Below are positions 45,291 through 56,014 of a DNA stretch of 64,000 nt, one piece after another (the stretch's first letter is position 1; every line of letters starts with the position of its first letter). A program made the position numbers and the translations under genes. The notes under the pieces are model-generated. The model was not told the origin of the DNA. It saw nothing but the letters and a program-made list of their open reading frames with translations, and ran no database searches. The stretch spans positions 2,200 through 66,199 of the forward strand of contig JAAFHT010000001.1 of NCBI GenBank assembly GCA_013297625.1, read 5' to 3'. Source of the stretch: Actinomycetota bacterium (GTDB lineage: Bacteria > Actinomycetota > Actinomycetes > Actinomycetales > Microbacteriaceae).

Positions 45291-46313
45291 ATGAGCACTC
45301 CACCGTTGTCGCGCCCCGCACCCGCCGGTGGCCCGGCGCCGCACCCCGTGCAGGGATCGCGCGCCCGCACGGTGCTCGCGATCGCCGCAACTCTCATCGC
45401 GGGCGTCGGCGTTGCCACGCAGAGTCGCATCAACGGCGAGCTGGGGCAACGTCTCGACGACGGCTACACCGCAGCCCTCATCTCGTTCGGCAGCGGTTGG
45501 GTGATCTTGCTCGTGTTGCTCGCGCTGTCTCCTCGGGGCCGAGCGGGGTTTGCGCGTGTGCTGACCGAAGTTCGACAGGGTCGACTCGCCTGGTGGATGC
45601 TCCTGGGCGGCTTGGCGGGCGCCTACTTCGTGCTCGCCCAGAGCCTCGTGGCCGGGATGCTCGGCGTGGCCATCTTCACGATCGCCATCGTCACCGGCCA
45701 AACGGTGACGGGCCTCACGCTCGACGCCACCGGATTCGCCGGGGCTCGGCGCACAGCGGTTGCCCCGGCGCGTGTGGTCGGAGCCGCCCTGACGGTCGGC
45801 GCGGTGGCCGTCGCGGTCATTCCTCGACTGGGCGGCGACGGATTCCTCGTTTCCGCGATCGTGCTGCCCCTGCTCGCGGGCGTCGCGGTTGCCTTTCAGC
45901 AGGGTCTCAATGGCCGCGTGCGGGCCGAAGCACAGTCGGCTCTCGCGGCCACGACGATCAACTTCACGGTCGGTTCAGCCGCGCTCTTCGTGGCGACCGT
46001 CACGCACCTTCTGCTGGTCGGCCTGCCGGAGGCGCTCCCGACCAATCCCGTGCTCTACCTCGGCGGCGCGGTCGGCGCGATCTTCATCGCGATTCAGACC
46101 CTCACGGTGGGGCGCATCGGCGTGCTCGTGTTGGGCCTGTGCCTTGTGACTGGGCAGCTCGCGGCCTCGCTCGTCTTCGACGTGGTTGCTCCGCTGGGCC
46201 CAGGGTCGACGAGCGCGACGGCCGTGGCCGTCATGCTCGCGCTTGCCGGGGTGCTCGTGGCGAGCATCCGGTGGCCACGACGCCGTGGTGCGGTTACTCC
46301 GCCGTCGGTGTGA
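45291..46313 (+). CDS. DMT-superfamily membrane protein (duplicated DUF606/YdcZ-like)
   Basis: Ten hydrophobic spans. ATQSRINGELG...AALISFGSGW and a second QQGLNGRV...TINFTVGS repeat. Start at ATG 45291. Confidence 0.75.
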   Translation: MSTPPLSRPAPAGGPAPHPVQGSRARTVLAIAATLIAGVGVATQSRINGELGQRLDDGYTAALISFGSGWVILLVLLALSPRGRAGFARVLTEVRQGRLAWWMLLGGLAGAYFVLAQSLVAGMLGVAIFTIAIVTGQTVTGLTLDATGFAGARRTAVAPARVVGAALTVGAVAVAVIPRLGGDGFLVSAIVLPLLAGVAVAFQQGLNGRVRAEAQSALAATTINFTVGSAALFVATVTHLLLVGLPEALPTNPVLYLGGAVGAIFIAIQTLTVGRIGVLVLGLCLVTGQLAASLVFDVVAPLGPGSTSATAVAVMLALAGVLVASIRWPRRRGAVTPPSV

Positions 46314-46725
46314 AGTCGAGCGCGAGCGAGTTCATGCAGTAGCGGTCGCCCGTGGGCGTGCCGAAGCCATCGGGAAACACGTGGCCGAGGTGCGAGCCGC
46401 AGGTGGCGCAGCGCACTTCGGTGCGCACCATGCCGAGCGAGGTGTCTTCGATGAGCTCTACGGCTTCGGGGCGCACCGACTCGTAGAAGCTCGGCCAGCC
46501 GCAACCCGAGTCGAACTTCGTGCCCGCGATGAAGAGCTCGGCGTTGCAGGCGCCGCACGTGTAGATTCCTGCGCGGCTCTCGTCGAGCAGCTCGCCCGTC
46601 CACGCGCGCTCGGTGCCCGCTTCACGCAGCACCTGGTAGCGCTCTTCGCCGAGCTCGGCGCGCCACTCGTCTTCGGTCTTCTCGACCGCGTACGCCTTGC
46701 CGCTGGTTGCCGGGTTCTCGCCCAT
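46294..46725 (-). CDS. msrB: peptide-methionine (R)-S-oxide reductase
   Basis: CGAC...GCGWPSF...RCATCGSHLGHVF. Start at ATG 46725 behind GAGGAA. Confidence 0.93.
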   Translation of the reverse strand: MGENPATSGKAYAVEKTEDEWRAELGEERYQVLREAGTERAWTGELLDESRAGIYTCGACNAELFIAGTKFDSGCGWPSFYESVRPEAVELIEDTSLGMVRTEVRCATCGSHLGHVFPDGFGTPTGDRYCMNSLALDFTPTAE

Positions 46726-46780
46726 GATTCCTCGCTCCTCGCCCGCGGGCGGTTGATCTCCCCCCATTAAACTCGCTCGC

Positions 46781-47272
46781 GTGCCCGACTCTTCCCCGAT
46801 CGAGAAAACCTGGAGTCACCTGACGCGCGACGAGTTCTTCGAACTCGCCCAATTGCGCACCGAGGTGTTCTTTCTCGAGCAACGCATCGACGAGCCCGAA
46901 CTTGACGAGCGCGACCGCGACGAGTCGACCGAACACGTGTGGATCACTGACGAACACGGGCCTGCGGCCTACCTGCGGGTCATCGTTGACGACGAGCCAC
47001 AACCCGGCAATCGGGATGCTCGCCGCCTGATCGGCCGCGTCGTCACCCGCGCTGACCGCCGCGGCGAGGGCCTCTCGCGCCGGTTGCTCGACCACGTCAT
47101 CCAGCGTCACGGAGCCGAGCCGCTGGCCTTGCACGCCCAGAGCTACATTCAGCCGCTGTACGCCGCCGTGGGCTTCGAGGCCTACGGCGATGAGTATGTC
47201 GAGGCGGGCATCCCGCACATCGGCATGTATCGAGCGGCACAGCCGGCGCCGACGAGCGACCCCGTACGCTGA
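46781..47272 (+). CDS. GNAT acetyltransferase (ElaA-like)
   Basis: FFELAQLRTEVFFLEQ and RRGEGLSRRLL blocks. Confidence 0.8.
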   Translation: MPDSSPIEKTWSHLTRDEFFELAQLRTEVFFLEQRIDEPELDERDRDESTEHVWITDEHGPAAYLRVIVDDEPQPGNRDARRLIGRVVTRADRRGEGLSRRLLDHVIQRHGAEPLALHAQSYIQPLYAAVGFEAYGDEYVEAGIPHIGMYRAAQPAPTSDPVR

Positions 47273-47279
47273 ACGCACC

Positions 47280-48068
47280 ATGATCGCCGCGCTCGCTCTC
47301 GCCGCCGCTGCGGCACTCGCATTGCCCGTGCCGGTCATCGGGGCCAACGCCGCACCGGCTGACGCGTGCACGGCCGAGGCCGGCTCGTTCACGTGGGGCT
47401 TCAAGGAGTCGTTTCGCGCCTACATCAGCGGCTCGATCGCCAACGGCGAGTGGAGCACCGAGGGCGACATTGGCTACGACACCCCTGCCTTCTTTAGCGA
47501 CGATCTGGCCGGTTCGATCGACCTTCAGGGCGTGAAGGGCGAGCTGAGCGTTGACGGCGCGATGCGGTTCACGGGGCACGAGGGCATTCTCGACACGACG
47601 ATCTCGACCGTGCGGCTCGTCGTCGAGAGCCCCGAGCAACTCGTGGTCGTCGTCGACGTGCGCGGCACGACGCAAGACTTCGTGCCGATTGACTCGGCGG
47701 GCGTGCGGTTTCTCACGGGCGACCTGGCAGCCGCGCAGTGGAGCGCCTCGGGTGACGGGCTGCTCATCGAGAGCATCCCGCTGACCCTGACGGCTGACGG
47801 CGCCGAGGCTTTTGGCACCTACCCCGAGGGCGAGACCTTCGACCCGCTCACTCTCGAGCTCGCGACGACCGAGGCCTGCGCCACGGCGGCGCTTGAGGCG
47901 CGCGCGGCGGCCGGCCAGATTCCGCTCTTCGTCGCGGGCGGCCTCATCGCCGTCGGGGTCGGGTTGGGCGCCCTGCTCGCCGTCGCGCTGCGCCGACGGT
48001 CACGAGCGGGGCAGGCCGCGCCCGCCGAGCCGAGCGCCGAGCCGAGCGCCGCGCCCTCCGACGACTGA
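47280..48068 (+). CDS. HtaA-domain haem-binding surface protein with C-terminal TM anchor
   Basis: Signal peptide. FTWGFKESFRAYISGS and MRFTGHEGILD (conserved Tyr/His context of HtaA CR domains). C-terminal TM span plus RRRSR stop-transfer. Confidence 0.75.
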   Translation: MIAALALAAAAALALPVPVIGANAAPADACTAEAGSFTWGFKESFRAYISGSIANGEWSTEGDIGYDTPAFFSDDLAGSIDLQGVKGELSVDGAMRFTGHEGILDTTISTVRLVVESPEQLVVVVDVRGTTQDFVPIDSAGVRFLTGDLAAAQWSASGDGLLIESIPLTLTADGAEAFGTYPEGETFDPLTLELATTEACATAALEARAAAGQIPLFVAGGLIAVGVGLGALLAVALRRRSRAGQAAPAEPSAEPSAAPSDD

Positions 48069-48094
48069 CACCGTCTCGGTGGCACGATGGCACC

Positions 48095-49078
48095 GTGAGC
48101 ACGACCGCTGAACGGTACCGGCGCTTCGCCCGCGAGGCAGCCCCTCGGTCGCGCACCTACGCGGCGTGGTCGCTCGCGATCGCCGACGATGACGAGTGCC
48201 TCGCCCTCATCGACACGCTGCCCGTTGCTGATCGGCAACCCGTGCTCGTGCTCAGTGCCGCGCGGTACTCGGGTCTCGCGGCGAGCGGCGACATTCGCGC
48301 GTGGCTCGAAGGCGAGTGGGATGCCGTGGCCCAGATCGCGCGACAGCGCGCCACGCAGACCAACGATCCGCGCCGTACGGCGCCCTTGCTCGCGGCCCTG
48401 CAGGGTATCCGCGGCCCGATTGCTCTGCTCGAAGTCGGAGCATCGGCCGGGCTCGGCCTGCTCGTCGACCACTACAGCCACGTCTTTGTCGACGTCGATG
48501 GTGTCGAACACCGCGTAGATCCGCCGGAGGGCGTGTCGACGCTCGAGCTGCGCTGCGCGCTCGGAGCGGGCGTGCCCGTGCCGACGACGATGCCGGAGAT
48601 CGTCTGGCGCGCGGGGCTCGAGCGAAGCCCCCTGCGGCTCTCGAACGCCGACGACGAACGATGGCTGCGCACGCTCATCTGGCCCGAAGAGCGCGAGCGC
48701 GCGACGCAACTCGACGCGGCCATCGCGATCGCGCGCGAGCGCGTGCCCCACCTCGTCGCGGGCGACGCGGTCGAGGGGCTCGCGGCGCTCGCCGCCCATG
48801 CACCGCACGATGCCACGCTCGTCGTCGCGAGCCCTGCCGTGCTCGTCTACCTCTCGCCCGCCGATCGCGCGCGATTCGCGGCCGCGGTCGCTGAGTTGCC
48901 CGGGCACTGGGTGTCGCTCGATGGTCGCCGAGTGCTGCCCGAGATCGGCGCGAGCGCCGATGCGCTGCTGCCCGGGGCCGACGATGACTTCGTGCTGAGT
49001 CGAGACGGCCGCGCCCTCGCCGTCGTGTCACCGCACGGGGAGGTTATCGAGCGCTGGGTGTCTCGTCAGGGGGAATAG
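48095..49078 (+). CDS. DUF2332-like protein
   Basis: AERYRRFAREAAPRSRTYAAWSLAIADD N-terminal block. Confidence 0.7.
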   Translation: MSTTAERYRRFAREAAPRSRTYAAWSLAIADDDECLALIDTLPVADRQPVLVLSAARYSGLAASGDIRAWLEGEWDAVAQIARQRATQTNDPRRTAPLLAALQGIRGPIALLEVGASAGLGLLVDHYSHVFVDVDGVEHRVDPPEGVSTLELRCALGAGVPVPTTMPEIVWRAGLERSPLRLSNADDERWLRTLIWPEERERATQLDAAIAIARERVPHLVAGDAVEGLAALAAHAPHDATLVVASPAVLVYLSPADRARFAAAVAELPGHWVSLDGRRVLPEIGASADALLPGADDDFVLSRDGRALAVVSPHGEVIERWVSRQGE

Positions 49079-50190
49079 ATGGCCCGGGCCAGCGCGTCAA
49101 GCACGGCGGGCGTGCGCGGGCCGAAGCTCAGCACTTCGCCGTCGTCCATGTCGACGAACCGCTGGGTCTCGCCCGCACGTGTGAGTCCGACCGCGGGCTT
49201 CTCGGCGAGCAGGCCGTCGACGCCGCCCACGCTGTCGAGACCTCCGGTCATGACCAAGATGAGGTCGGGGTTCGCCGCCACGAGTGCTTCGTCGGTCATG
49301 GGTCGCAGGCCGGCCCAGCCGATCTCACCCGCCACGTCGATGCCGCCGAGCCCTTCGATGAGCTCGTCGGCGCCCGACTCTTCGCCAAAGAGGTAGTAGA
49401 TGCCCGAGGCGCCACGCAGGTAGAGAAACAGAATGCGCACGCGATCAGCCGGGTCGTCAGGGCGGATCGACTCGATCGCGGTGAGCACTTCGGCGAGCTC
49501 CTGCTCGAGACGCTCGGCGAGCAACTCGCCCGTCTCGGGCGAACCCAGCGCGGTCGACACTTGCCGCGCCAGCTCGGCGGGGGCGCTGAGGCCGGGCTCG
49601 GCATCCACGTAGACCACCGTCACGCCGGCGTCACGCAACTGCAGCACGACGTCGGTCGGCCCGACCGTGCCGTCGGTGATCACGAGAGTCGGGCGAAGGG
49701 CGAGCACGGCTTCGCTGCTGATGGCATGGCCACTGCTCGTGACGACGGGCAAGCCGTCGGCTTCAGGAAACGTCGTCGAGATGTCGCGCCCGACGACCTC
49801 GTCGCCAAAGCCCAGCGCGAAGACCGTGGCTGCGATCGAGCCCGCAATGTCGAGCGGCAGAATGCGACTGGCATCGGTCACCACGACGTCACGGTCACCG
49901 TCGAGGTCGCGCGACACGACCGTGACGGGCAGCGCCTGCGCGGGGTCGGTGGCCACGGGCACGATGGCGCTCGACTCGATGAGCGCCGTCGACGGTCCGG
50001 TGAGGTCGCGCGGGTTCTCAGCCACGACAAGCTCGCTCAGGGGAACGCGCGGGCCCACGGGAGCCGTGGGCTCGGCGCTCGATGAGGGGGGTGAGACCGA
50101 GCATCCGGCAAGCATCGTCAGCGCGGCGAGTGCAGCGACCGCCGTTGCCGCGGTGCGCGAGCGCGCGCGGCGAGGGGGCTGGCGGGTCAT
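49066..50190 (-). CDS. hmuT: haem/siderophore-type ABC substrate-binding lipoprotein (HmuT-like), no cognate permease or ATPase adjacent
   Basis: Lipobox LAGCS. A class III SBP pattern (RPTLVITDG..., NPDLILVMTGG). Start at ATG 50190. Confidence 0.75.
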   Translation of the reverse strand: MTRQPPRRARSRTAATAVAALAALTMLAGCSVSPPSSSAEPTAPVGPRVPLSELVVAENPRDLTGPSTALIESSAIVPVATDPAQALPVTVVSRDLDGDRDVVVTDASRILPLDIAGSIAATVFALGFGDEVVGRDISTTFPEADGLPVVTSSGHAISSEAVLALRPTLVITDGTVGPTDVVLQLRDAGVTVVYVDAEPGLSAPAELARQVSTALGSPETGELLAERLEQELAEVLTAIESIRPDDPADRVRILFLYLRGASGIYYLFGEESGADELIEGLGGIDVAGEIGWAGLRPMTDEALVAANPDLILVMTGGLDSVGGVDGLLAEKPAVGLTRAGETQRFVDMDDGEVLSFGPRTPAVLDALARAIYSP

Positions 50191-50227
50191 GACGGTTCCG
50201 GTCGATCGAGAGTCGGCTCTGGGTGAG

Positions 50228-50246
50228 TTAGGCAAGCCTAACCCGC
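50228..50246. promoter_or_regulatory. IdeR/DtxR-like iron box (weak)
   Basis: TTAGGCAAGCCTAACCCGC matches 13/19 of TTAGGTTAGGCTAACCTAA. It contains the palindrome GTTAGGC-AA-GCCTAAC and lies 38 nt upstream of the hmuT start. Confidence 0.4.
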
Positions 50247-50342
50247 GTCGCTGTGCGGCAGGTGGGCGCCCGACTCTGAGCATGCCGCAGCTGCCGCGAG
50301 CCGCCTAGGGTCGAAGGTCCTCGCCCCGTACCCTGGTGACCT

Positions 50343-50615
50343 ATGGATGCTCCCGCCGACTCACTCGACGAGCGCGCGCAACGCGTGCTCGAGTTCGAGC
50401 GCACGTGGTGGGGGCACAGCGGAGCGAAAGAGCTCGGCATCCGTCGGGAGTTCGGCTGGACTCCAGCCCGGTACTATCAAGTGCTGAACGCCGTCATCGA
50501 CACCGAGGTCGCCGTGCGGTACGACCCCGTTCTCGTGGGTCGACTGCTCGACGTGCGCGATGAGCGCGCACAACGGCGACGCACACGACGTGCGAGCGCC
50601 GACGGCGCTGCCTGA
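50343..50615 (+). CDS. DUF3263-like protein
   Basis: LEFERTWWGHSGAKELGIRREFGWTPARYYQVLN block. Confidence 0.75.
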   Translation: MDAPADSLDERAQRVLEFERTWWGHSGAKELGIRREFGWTPARYYQVLNAVIDTEVAVRYDPVLVGRLLDVRDERAQRRRTRRASADGAA

Positions 50616-50643
50616 CATCCCTCTTGCGGAAGGCATCATCACG

Positions 50644-51225
50644 ATGGCCGAGTACACCCCTGATCGTTTCGACGAGATTCCCTCCTCGCTCGGACGGGTT
50701 GGCGCGCACCGAGCGCCTCGCCCTCGCGGGCGTGGGTGGATCGCTTTCTCGTGGGCTGCCCTCGCGACGGGCGCGCTTGTCGTGGGCGGGCTCTACGGCT
50801 TGTCACTCATCAGCGACCGCGTGAACTTTGAGCTGCCCGGGTTCGGCACCGCCGAGCCCATGCCCACTCCAACCGAGTCGCCCTCGCCGACGCCCTCGGT
50901 CGAGCCGATCACGGATCCGGCTCTCGCCCAGTTGCCCGCCGGGTTCGTCATCACGGTGCTCAACGGCACCGAGGTCGACGGGCTCGGGGCGACAGCACGC
51001 GACCTCATTACGGCACCAGGGTGGCCTGTGGGAACGGTGACCTCTGCGGCGCAAACCGATCTCACCCAGACGGTGATCTACTACAAAGACCCGACGCTCG
51101 AAGCTGTTGCCGCGGGCATGGCCCAGCTGCTCGGCGTCGGAGTTGTCGAGCTCTCTGATGCCTTCCCGGGTGCGGCCATCACCATCGCGCTGGGCGCTGA
51201 TTTCGCCGAGATCGCCGCTCCGTAG
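50644..51225 (+). CDS. LytR C-terminal domain membrane protein
   Basis: Single TM span, Pro/Ser linker, then ITVLNGTEVDGLGATARDL...TVIYY. Start at ATG 50644. Confidence 0.75.
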   Translation: MAEYTPDRFDEIPSSLGRVGAHRAPRPRGRGWIAFSWAALATGALVVGGLYGLSLISDRVNFELPGFGTAEPMPTPTESPSPTPSVEPITDPALAQLPAGFVITVLNGTEVDGLGATARDLITAPGWPVGTVTSAAQTDLTQTVIYYKDPTLEAVAAGMAQLLGVGVVELSDAFPGAAITIALGADFAEIAAP

Positions 51226-51348
51226 GCCGCTTGCGTTACGGGGGCGTTTCGCGTCGGTAAAACGTCGCGACCAGAGCCCGATAAGGCCTGGATGCGGGCC
51301 GGAGTCGTGGGTATTCTCACGGAGTCCCCGGCCACAAGGAGCCCCGCA

Positions 51349-51552
51349 ATGCCCAATGGAACCGTGAAGTGGTTCAACGCCGAAAAAGGCTTCGGCTTCA
51401 TCACCCTTGACGGTGGCGAGAGTGACGTTTTCGTGCACTACAGCGCTATCGATATGCCCGGCTACAAGGTTCTCGAAGAAGGCCAGCCGGTCACCTTCGA
51501 GATCGGCACAGGAACCAAAGGCCCGCAGGCCGAAGGCGTTCGCGTCGCCTGA
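51349..51552 (+). CDS. cspA: cold-shock protein
   Basis: [15 protein letters not shown] (RNP1) and VFVHYS (RNP2). AAGGAG RBS. 67 aa. Confidence 0.95.
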   Translation: MPNGTVKWFNAEKGFGFITLDGGESDVFVHYSAIDMPGYKVLEEGQPVTFEIGTGTKGPQAEGVRVA

Positions 51553-51614
51553 CGGCTTTCGGCTCACCGCTGCACCGCCTTCGCGAGGCGCGCTCTGCGG
51601 GCTAAGGTGACGCC

Positions 51615-52646
51615 ATGAGCCGCGCGACCATCCGCAGTGTGAGTATCGGCGCCTTGGGCGCCGCTCTCGTGGTGTTCGGCGGCTGCACCACGAGCGAGGT
51701 CATGCCGAACCCGACTGTCGCGCCATCGTTCGTGTCGACCTATGAAGCTCCTCCCGCCTATGGCATCGCGCCTCTCACGGGCGAGCAAATCGAGGTGGGC
51801 GCACTCACCGCACCGTCGCTCGCGGCGAAGGTCGACAACCATCCCGACGCTCGTCCGCAGATCGGGCTCGAACGCACCGACATCGTCTTTGAAGAACTCG
51901 TCGAGGGCGGCCTCACGCGGTATGTCGCCGTGTGGCACTCTGACGTGCCTGACGTGATCGGGCCCGTGCGCTCGATTCGCCCGATGGACCCCGACATCAT
52001 TTCTCCGCTCGGCGGAATCGTCGCCTACTCGGGCGGCCAAAGCCGTTTCGTCGAGATGATGCGCGCAGCCCCCGTGTACAACGCCATCCACGGTCAGCGC
52101 GACACCGACGAAACGTTCTTTCGCGGTGATAACGCGGATGCTCCGCACAACGTTCTCGTCAAGGCCCCCCAGGTCATCGCCCAACACCTCGACCGAGCCG
52201 CGCCCGTGCAGCAGTTCGCCTTTGCCGAGAGCATTGCCGCGGCAACGGCCACCAAAGACGGAACCCCCACGGCGGGCATGGACATGCGATTCGGCAGCGC
52301 GAGCGCTCCGTCGTGGAACTGGGATGCCGCGAGCCAGCGGTGGCTTCGCCTGCAGACGGGCGGCGCTCCCGACACCGACGCCACCGGCGCGCAGTTGGCC
52401 GCCGTCAACGTCGTGGTGCTGAGGGTTCCGGTGCAAGTGATCCAGAGCATCCCGACCACACAGCTCATCGGCTCGGGCGAGGCCTGGATCTCGACGGGCG
52501 GGGCAACCGTGCCCGCGACTTGGTCAAAGACGTCAATGACGGCGCCCATTCGGTTGCTCGACGCCAACGGGGTTGCCGTGCGGTTGGCCCCCGGCAACAC
52601 CTGGGTCGAACTCGTGCCGCTCGGCGGCTCGCTGTCGTTCCGATAG
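51615..52646 (+). CDS. DUF3048-like lipoprotein
   Basis: Lipobox GGC. KVDNHPDARPQIGLERTDIVFEELVEGGLTRY block. Confidence 0.7.
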   Translation: MSRATIRSVSIGALGAALVVFGGCTTSEVMPNPTVAPSFVSTYEAPPAYGIAPLTGEQIEVGALTAPSLAAKVDNHPDARPQIGLERTDIVFEELVEGGLTRYVAVWHSDVPDVIGPVRSIRPMDPDIISPLGGIVAYSGGQSRFVEMMRAAPVYNAIHGQRDTDETFFRGDNADAPHNVLVKAPQVIAQHLDRAAPVQQFAFAESIAAATATKDGTPTAGMDMRFGSASAPSWNWDAASQRWLRLQTGGAPDTDATGAQLAAVNVVVLRVPVQVIQSIPTTQLIGSGEAWISTGGATVPATWSKTSMTAPIRLLDANGVAVRLAPGNTWVELVPLGGSLSFR

Positions 52647-52696
52647 CACCGGGTTCGCGCTCTCGCACGCTCTGGCCGGATGCTCGGCTCTGGTGG

Positions 52697-52723
52697 CTTG
52701 CACTCGACACCCGCGAGTGCCAG
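52697..52723. promoter_or_regulatory. CIRCE operator (HrcA site), distal copy
   Basis: CTTGCACTC-N9-GAGTGCCAG versus consensus TTAGCACTC-N9-GAGTGCTAA. Confidence 0.7.
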
Positions 52724-52729
52724 AATCGT

Positions 52730-54426
<1,697 letters not shown>

Positions 54427-54467
54427 GTCTGCGTCACCGCGTGCGGGCATCCCGCAGCGCACACAGA

Positions 54468-54501
54468 AACGGGGCGGTTCCCTTCGGGGAGCCGCCCCGT
54501 T
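54468..54501. terminator. strong hairpin between convergent groEL and hmuO
   Basis: AACGGGGCGGTTCCC-TTCG-GGGAGCCGCCCCGTT. Confidence 0.6.
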
Positions 54502-54525
54502 CTGCGTGCCGAGAGAGTGCTCTGC

Positions 54526-55233
54526 TTAGCCGCGCGCGGCCAGCTGTTCGAAGATCAGGGTGTTGCGGTCGTACGCGCTGAGCACCTCGGCGACGACCCG
54601 CTCGGCCTCGTCACTCGCCCACCGCGCCGCGTCGAGCTGGGCCCGGTAGTCGTCTTTGAAGGCGGTCGGGTCGCTGATGCGCTCGAAGTGGTAGAACGAC
54701 GCCCCCGGGCCGGCGGGGTCGAACCCGAACTGGCGCGACACGACCCGACCGATGTGAATGCCGCCCGAGAGGTCGCCGAGGTAGCGCGTGTAGTGGTGAG
54801 CCACGAAGCCCGCGGGCCACTCGGCGGCGACCTCGCGAATGCGGGCGGCATAGTCGACGGTGGCGGGCACGAGCTCGAGGTGATCCTGCCACTCGACGCC
54901 GAGAAGTGCGGCTAGGTCGCGTTCGAGCGACGGCAGTCGGTCGAGGTCGGCCGAGAGAAACGGTGCCACTTCGGGATGCTCGCGCAGGGCATCCGCGGCC
55001 CCTTCGAGCGCCTCGTAGATGGCCCAGTGCTGCAGGACGAGGGCCGTGTAGTCATCGAGAGTGGCGCGGCCGGCCATGAGCTCGGTCATGAAGCTCGCGC
55101 TTTCGCTCGAACCGTGGTGGGCGCCGCTGCGCTCGCGCACGAGTCGGGAGAACGGCACTGCGTCGGTCGTGCCCGTGCCCGAGGGCGCGCCCGCGGCGGT
55201 CGAATCGGGTGCGGTGTCGGTGGCGGCAGACAT
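54526..55233 (-). CDS. hmuO: biliverdin-producing haem oxygenase
   Basis: FSRLVRERSGAHHGSSESASFMTELMAGR (proximal His helix) and AHHYTRYLGDLSGG. Confidence 0.85.
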   Translation of the reverse strand: MSAATDTAPDSTAAGAPSGTGTTDAVPFSRLVRERSGAHHGSSESASFMTELMAGRATLDDYTALVLQHWAIYEALEGAADALREHPEVAPFLSADLDRLPSLERDLAALLGVEWQDHLELVPATVDYAARIREVAAEWPAGFVAHHYTRYLGDLSGGIHIGRVVSRQFGFDPAGPGASFYHFERISDPTAFKDDYRAQLDAARWASDEAERVVAEVLSAYDRNTLIFEQLAARG

Positions 55234-55248
55234 CGTGCTCCTCGTGGG

Positions 55249-55267
55249 TCAGGTAAGGCTTACCTTA
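55249..55267. promoter_or_regulatory. IdeR/DtxR iron box
   Basis: TCAGGTAAGGCTTACCTTA matches 15/19 of TTAGGTTAGGCTAACCTAA and 18/19 of the degenerate TWAGGTWAGSCTWACCTWA. It lies 16 nt upstream of the hmuO start. Confidence 0.65.
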
Positions 55268-55318
55268 CTACGACGGCGCACGTCGATGGCACTCGGCGGT
55301 GCGGTTGTCAGAGCACTC

Positions 55319-55651
55319 TTATTCGTGCGGGCGCGGCTCGACCCCGAGCGTGGCGCACGCGCGGTCGTAGAGCACGACGATCTCGCGTCGAATCTCGGCG
55401 CGCTCGCTGATCGGTAGCGACCACTCGACGCGCAGCGCGTGCTCCGAGGAATCACCCGCGGTGTAGACCCAGTGCCCCGCGAGGCCGTCGAGGTGCACCA
55501 TGTGGGCAGCGTCGGCGTCACGCGTGCCAAAGGCGCGAGCGATGAGCAGGTTGTCGGCAGCGTGGTCGTCGTTCATGTGGTGCAGCACGGCGGCCACAAT
55601 GTCGTCGCTGAACACGGCGTCGGTGGGGGCGGAGGTCGAATCGGTCGTCAC
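55319..55651 (-). CDS. DUF2470-like protein (haem-utilisation associated)
   Basis: VLHHMNDDHAADNLLIARAFG block. Confidence 0.7.
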   Translation of the reverse strand: MTTDSTSAPTDAVFSDDIVAAVLHHMNDDHAADNLLIARAFGTRDADAAHMVHLDGLAGHWVYTAGDSSEHALRVEWSLPISERAEIRREIVVLYDRACATLGVEPRPHE

Positions 55652-55676
55652 GCCCCCACCCTAAACGCGAGCGCGA

Positions 55677-55967
55677 CTAGCGCATGAACATGCGGGCCGC
55701 TTGCTGCTCGACTTCTGCATAGCCCTGGCCGGCGTGCGCGAGGGCTTCGTTGATGGCGGTGAGCGTCTGCTCGACGCGCTGGTAGGCCGCCATCCACTCG
55801 CCCACGAGCCCCTGAAAGGCCGTGGCAGCAGAACCGCTCCACGTGTTCTGCAGCCCCGCGAGATTGCCCTGCAAGCCCGCAGCTTCGGCCTGCAATCGGC
55901 CGATCGATCCTCGGGTGGCGGCCGTGGCGGCAATGACCGCCTCGCTGTCGACCTGGTAGCGCGTCAT
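55677..55967 (-). CDS. WXG100-family (EsxA/EsxB-like) protein
   Basis: 96 aa helical hairpin with a central W-S-G (NTWSGSAATAF). GGAGGGAG RBS. Confidence 0.8.
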   Translation of the reverse strand: MTRYQVDSEAVIAATAATRGSIGRLQAEAAGLQGNLAGLQNTWSGSAATAFQGLVGEWMAAYQRVEQTLTAINEALAHAGQGYAEVEQQAARMFMR

Positions 55968-56014
55968 GGTGCTCTCCCTCCGCGCCGGGGCGGTTGCCCG
56001 GCGTCGGCGGCAGG

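Noticed and set aside
48001-48060. Tandem 12-bp repeat GAGCCGAGCGCC x2 (AEPSAEPSA) at the 3' end of the HtaA-like gene.
   Set aside because: Only two units, in frame, inside a low-complexity cytoplasmic tail. Not a CRISPR or VNTR-scale array.
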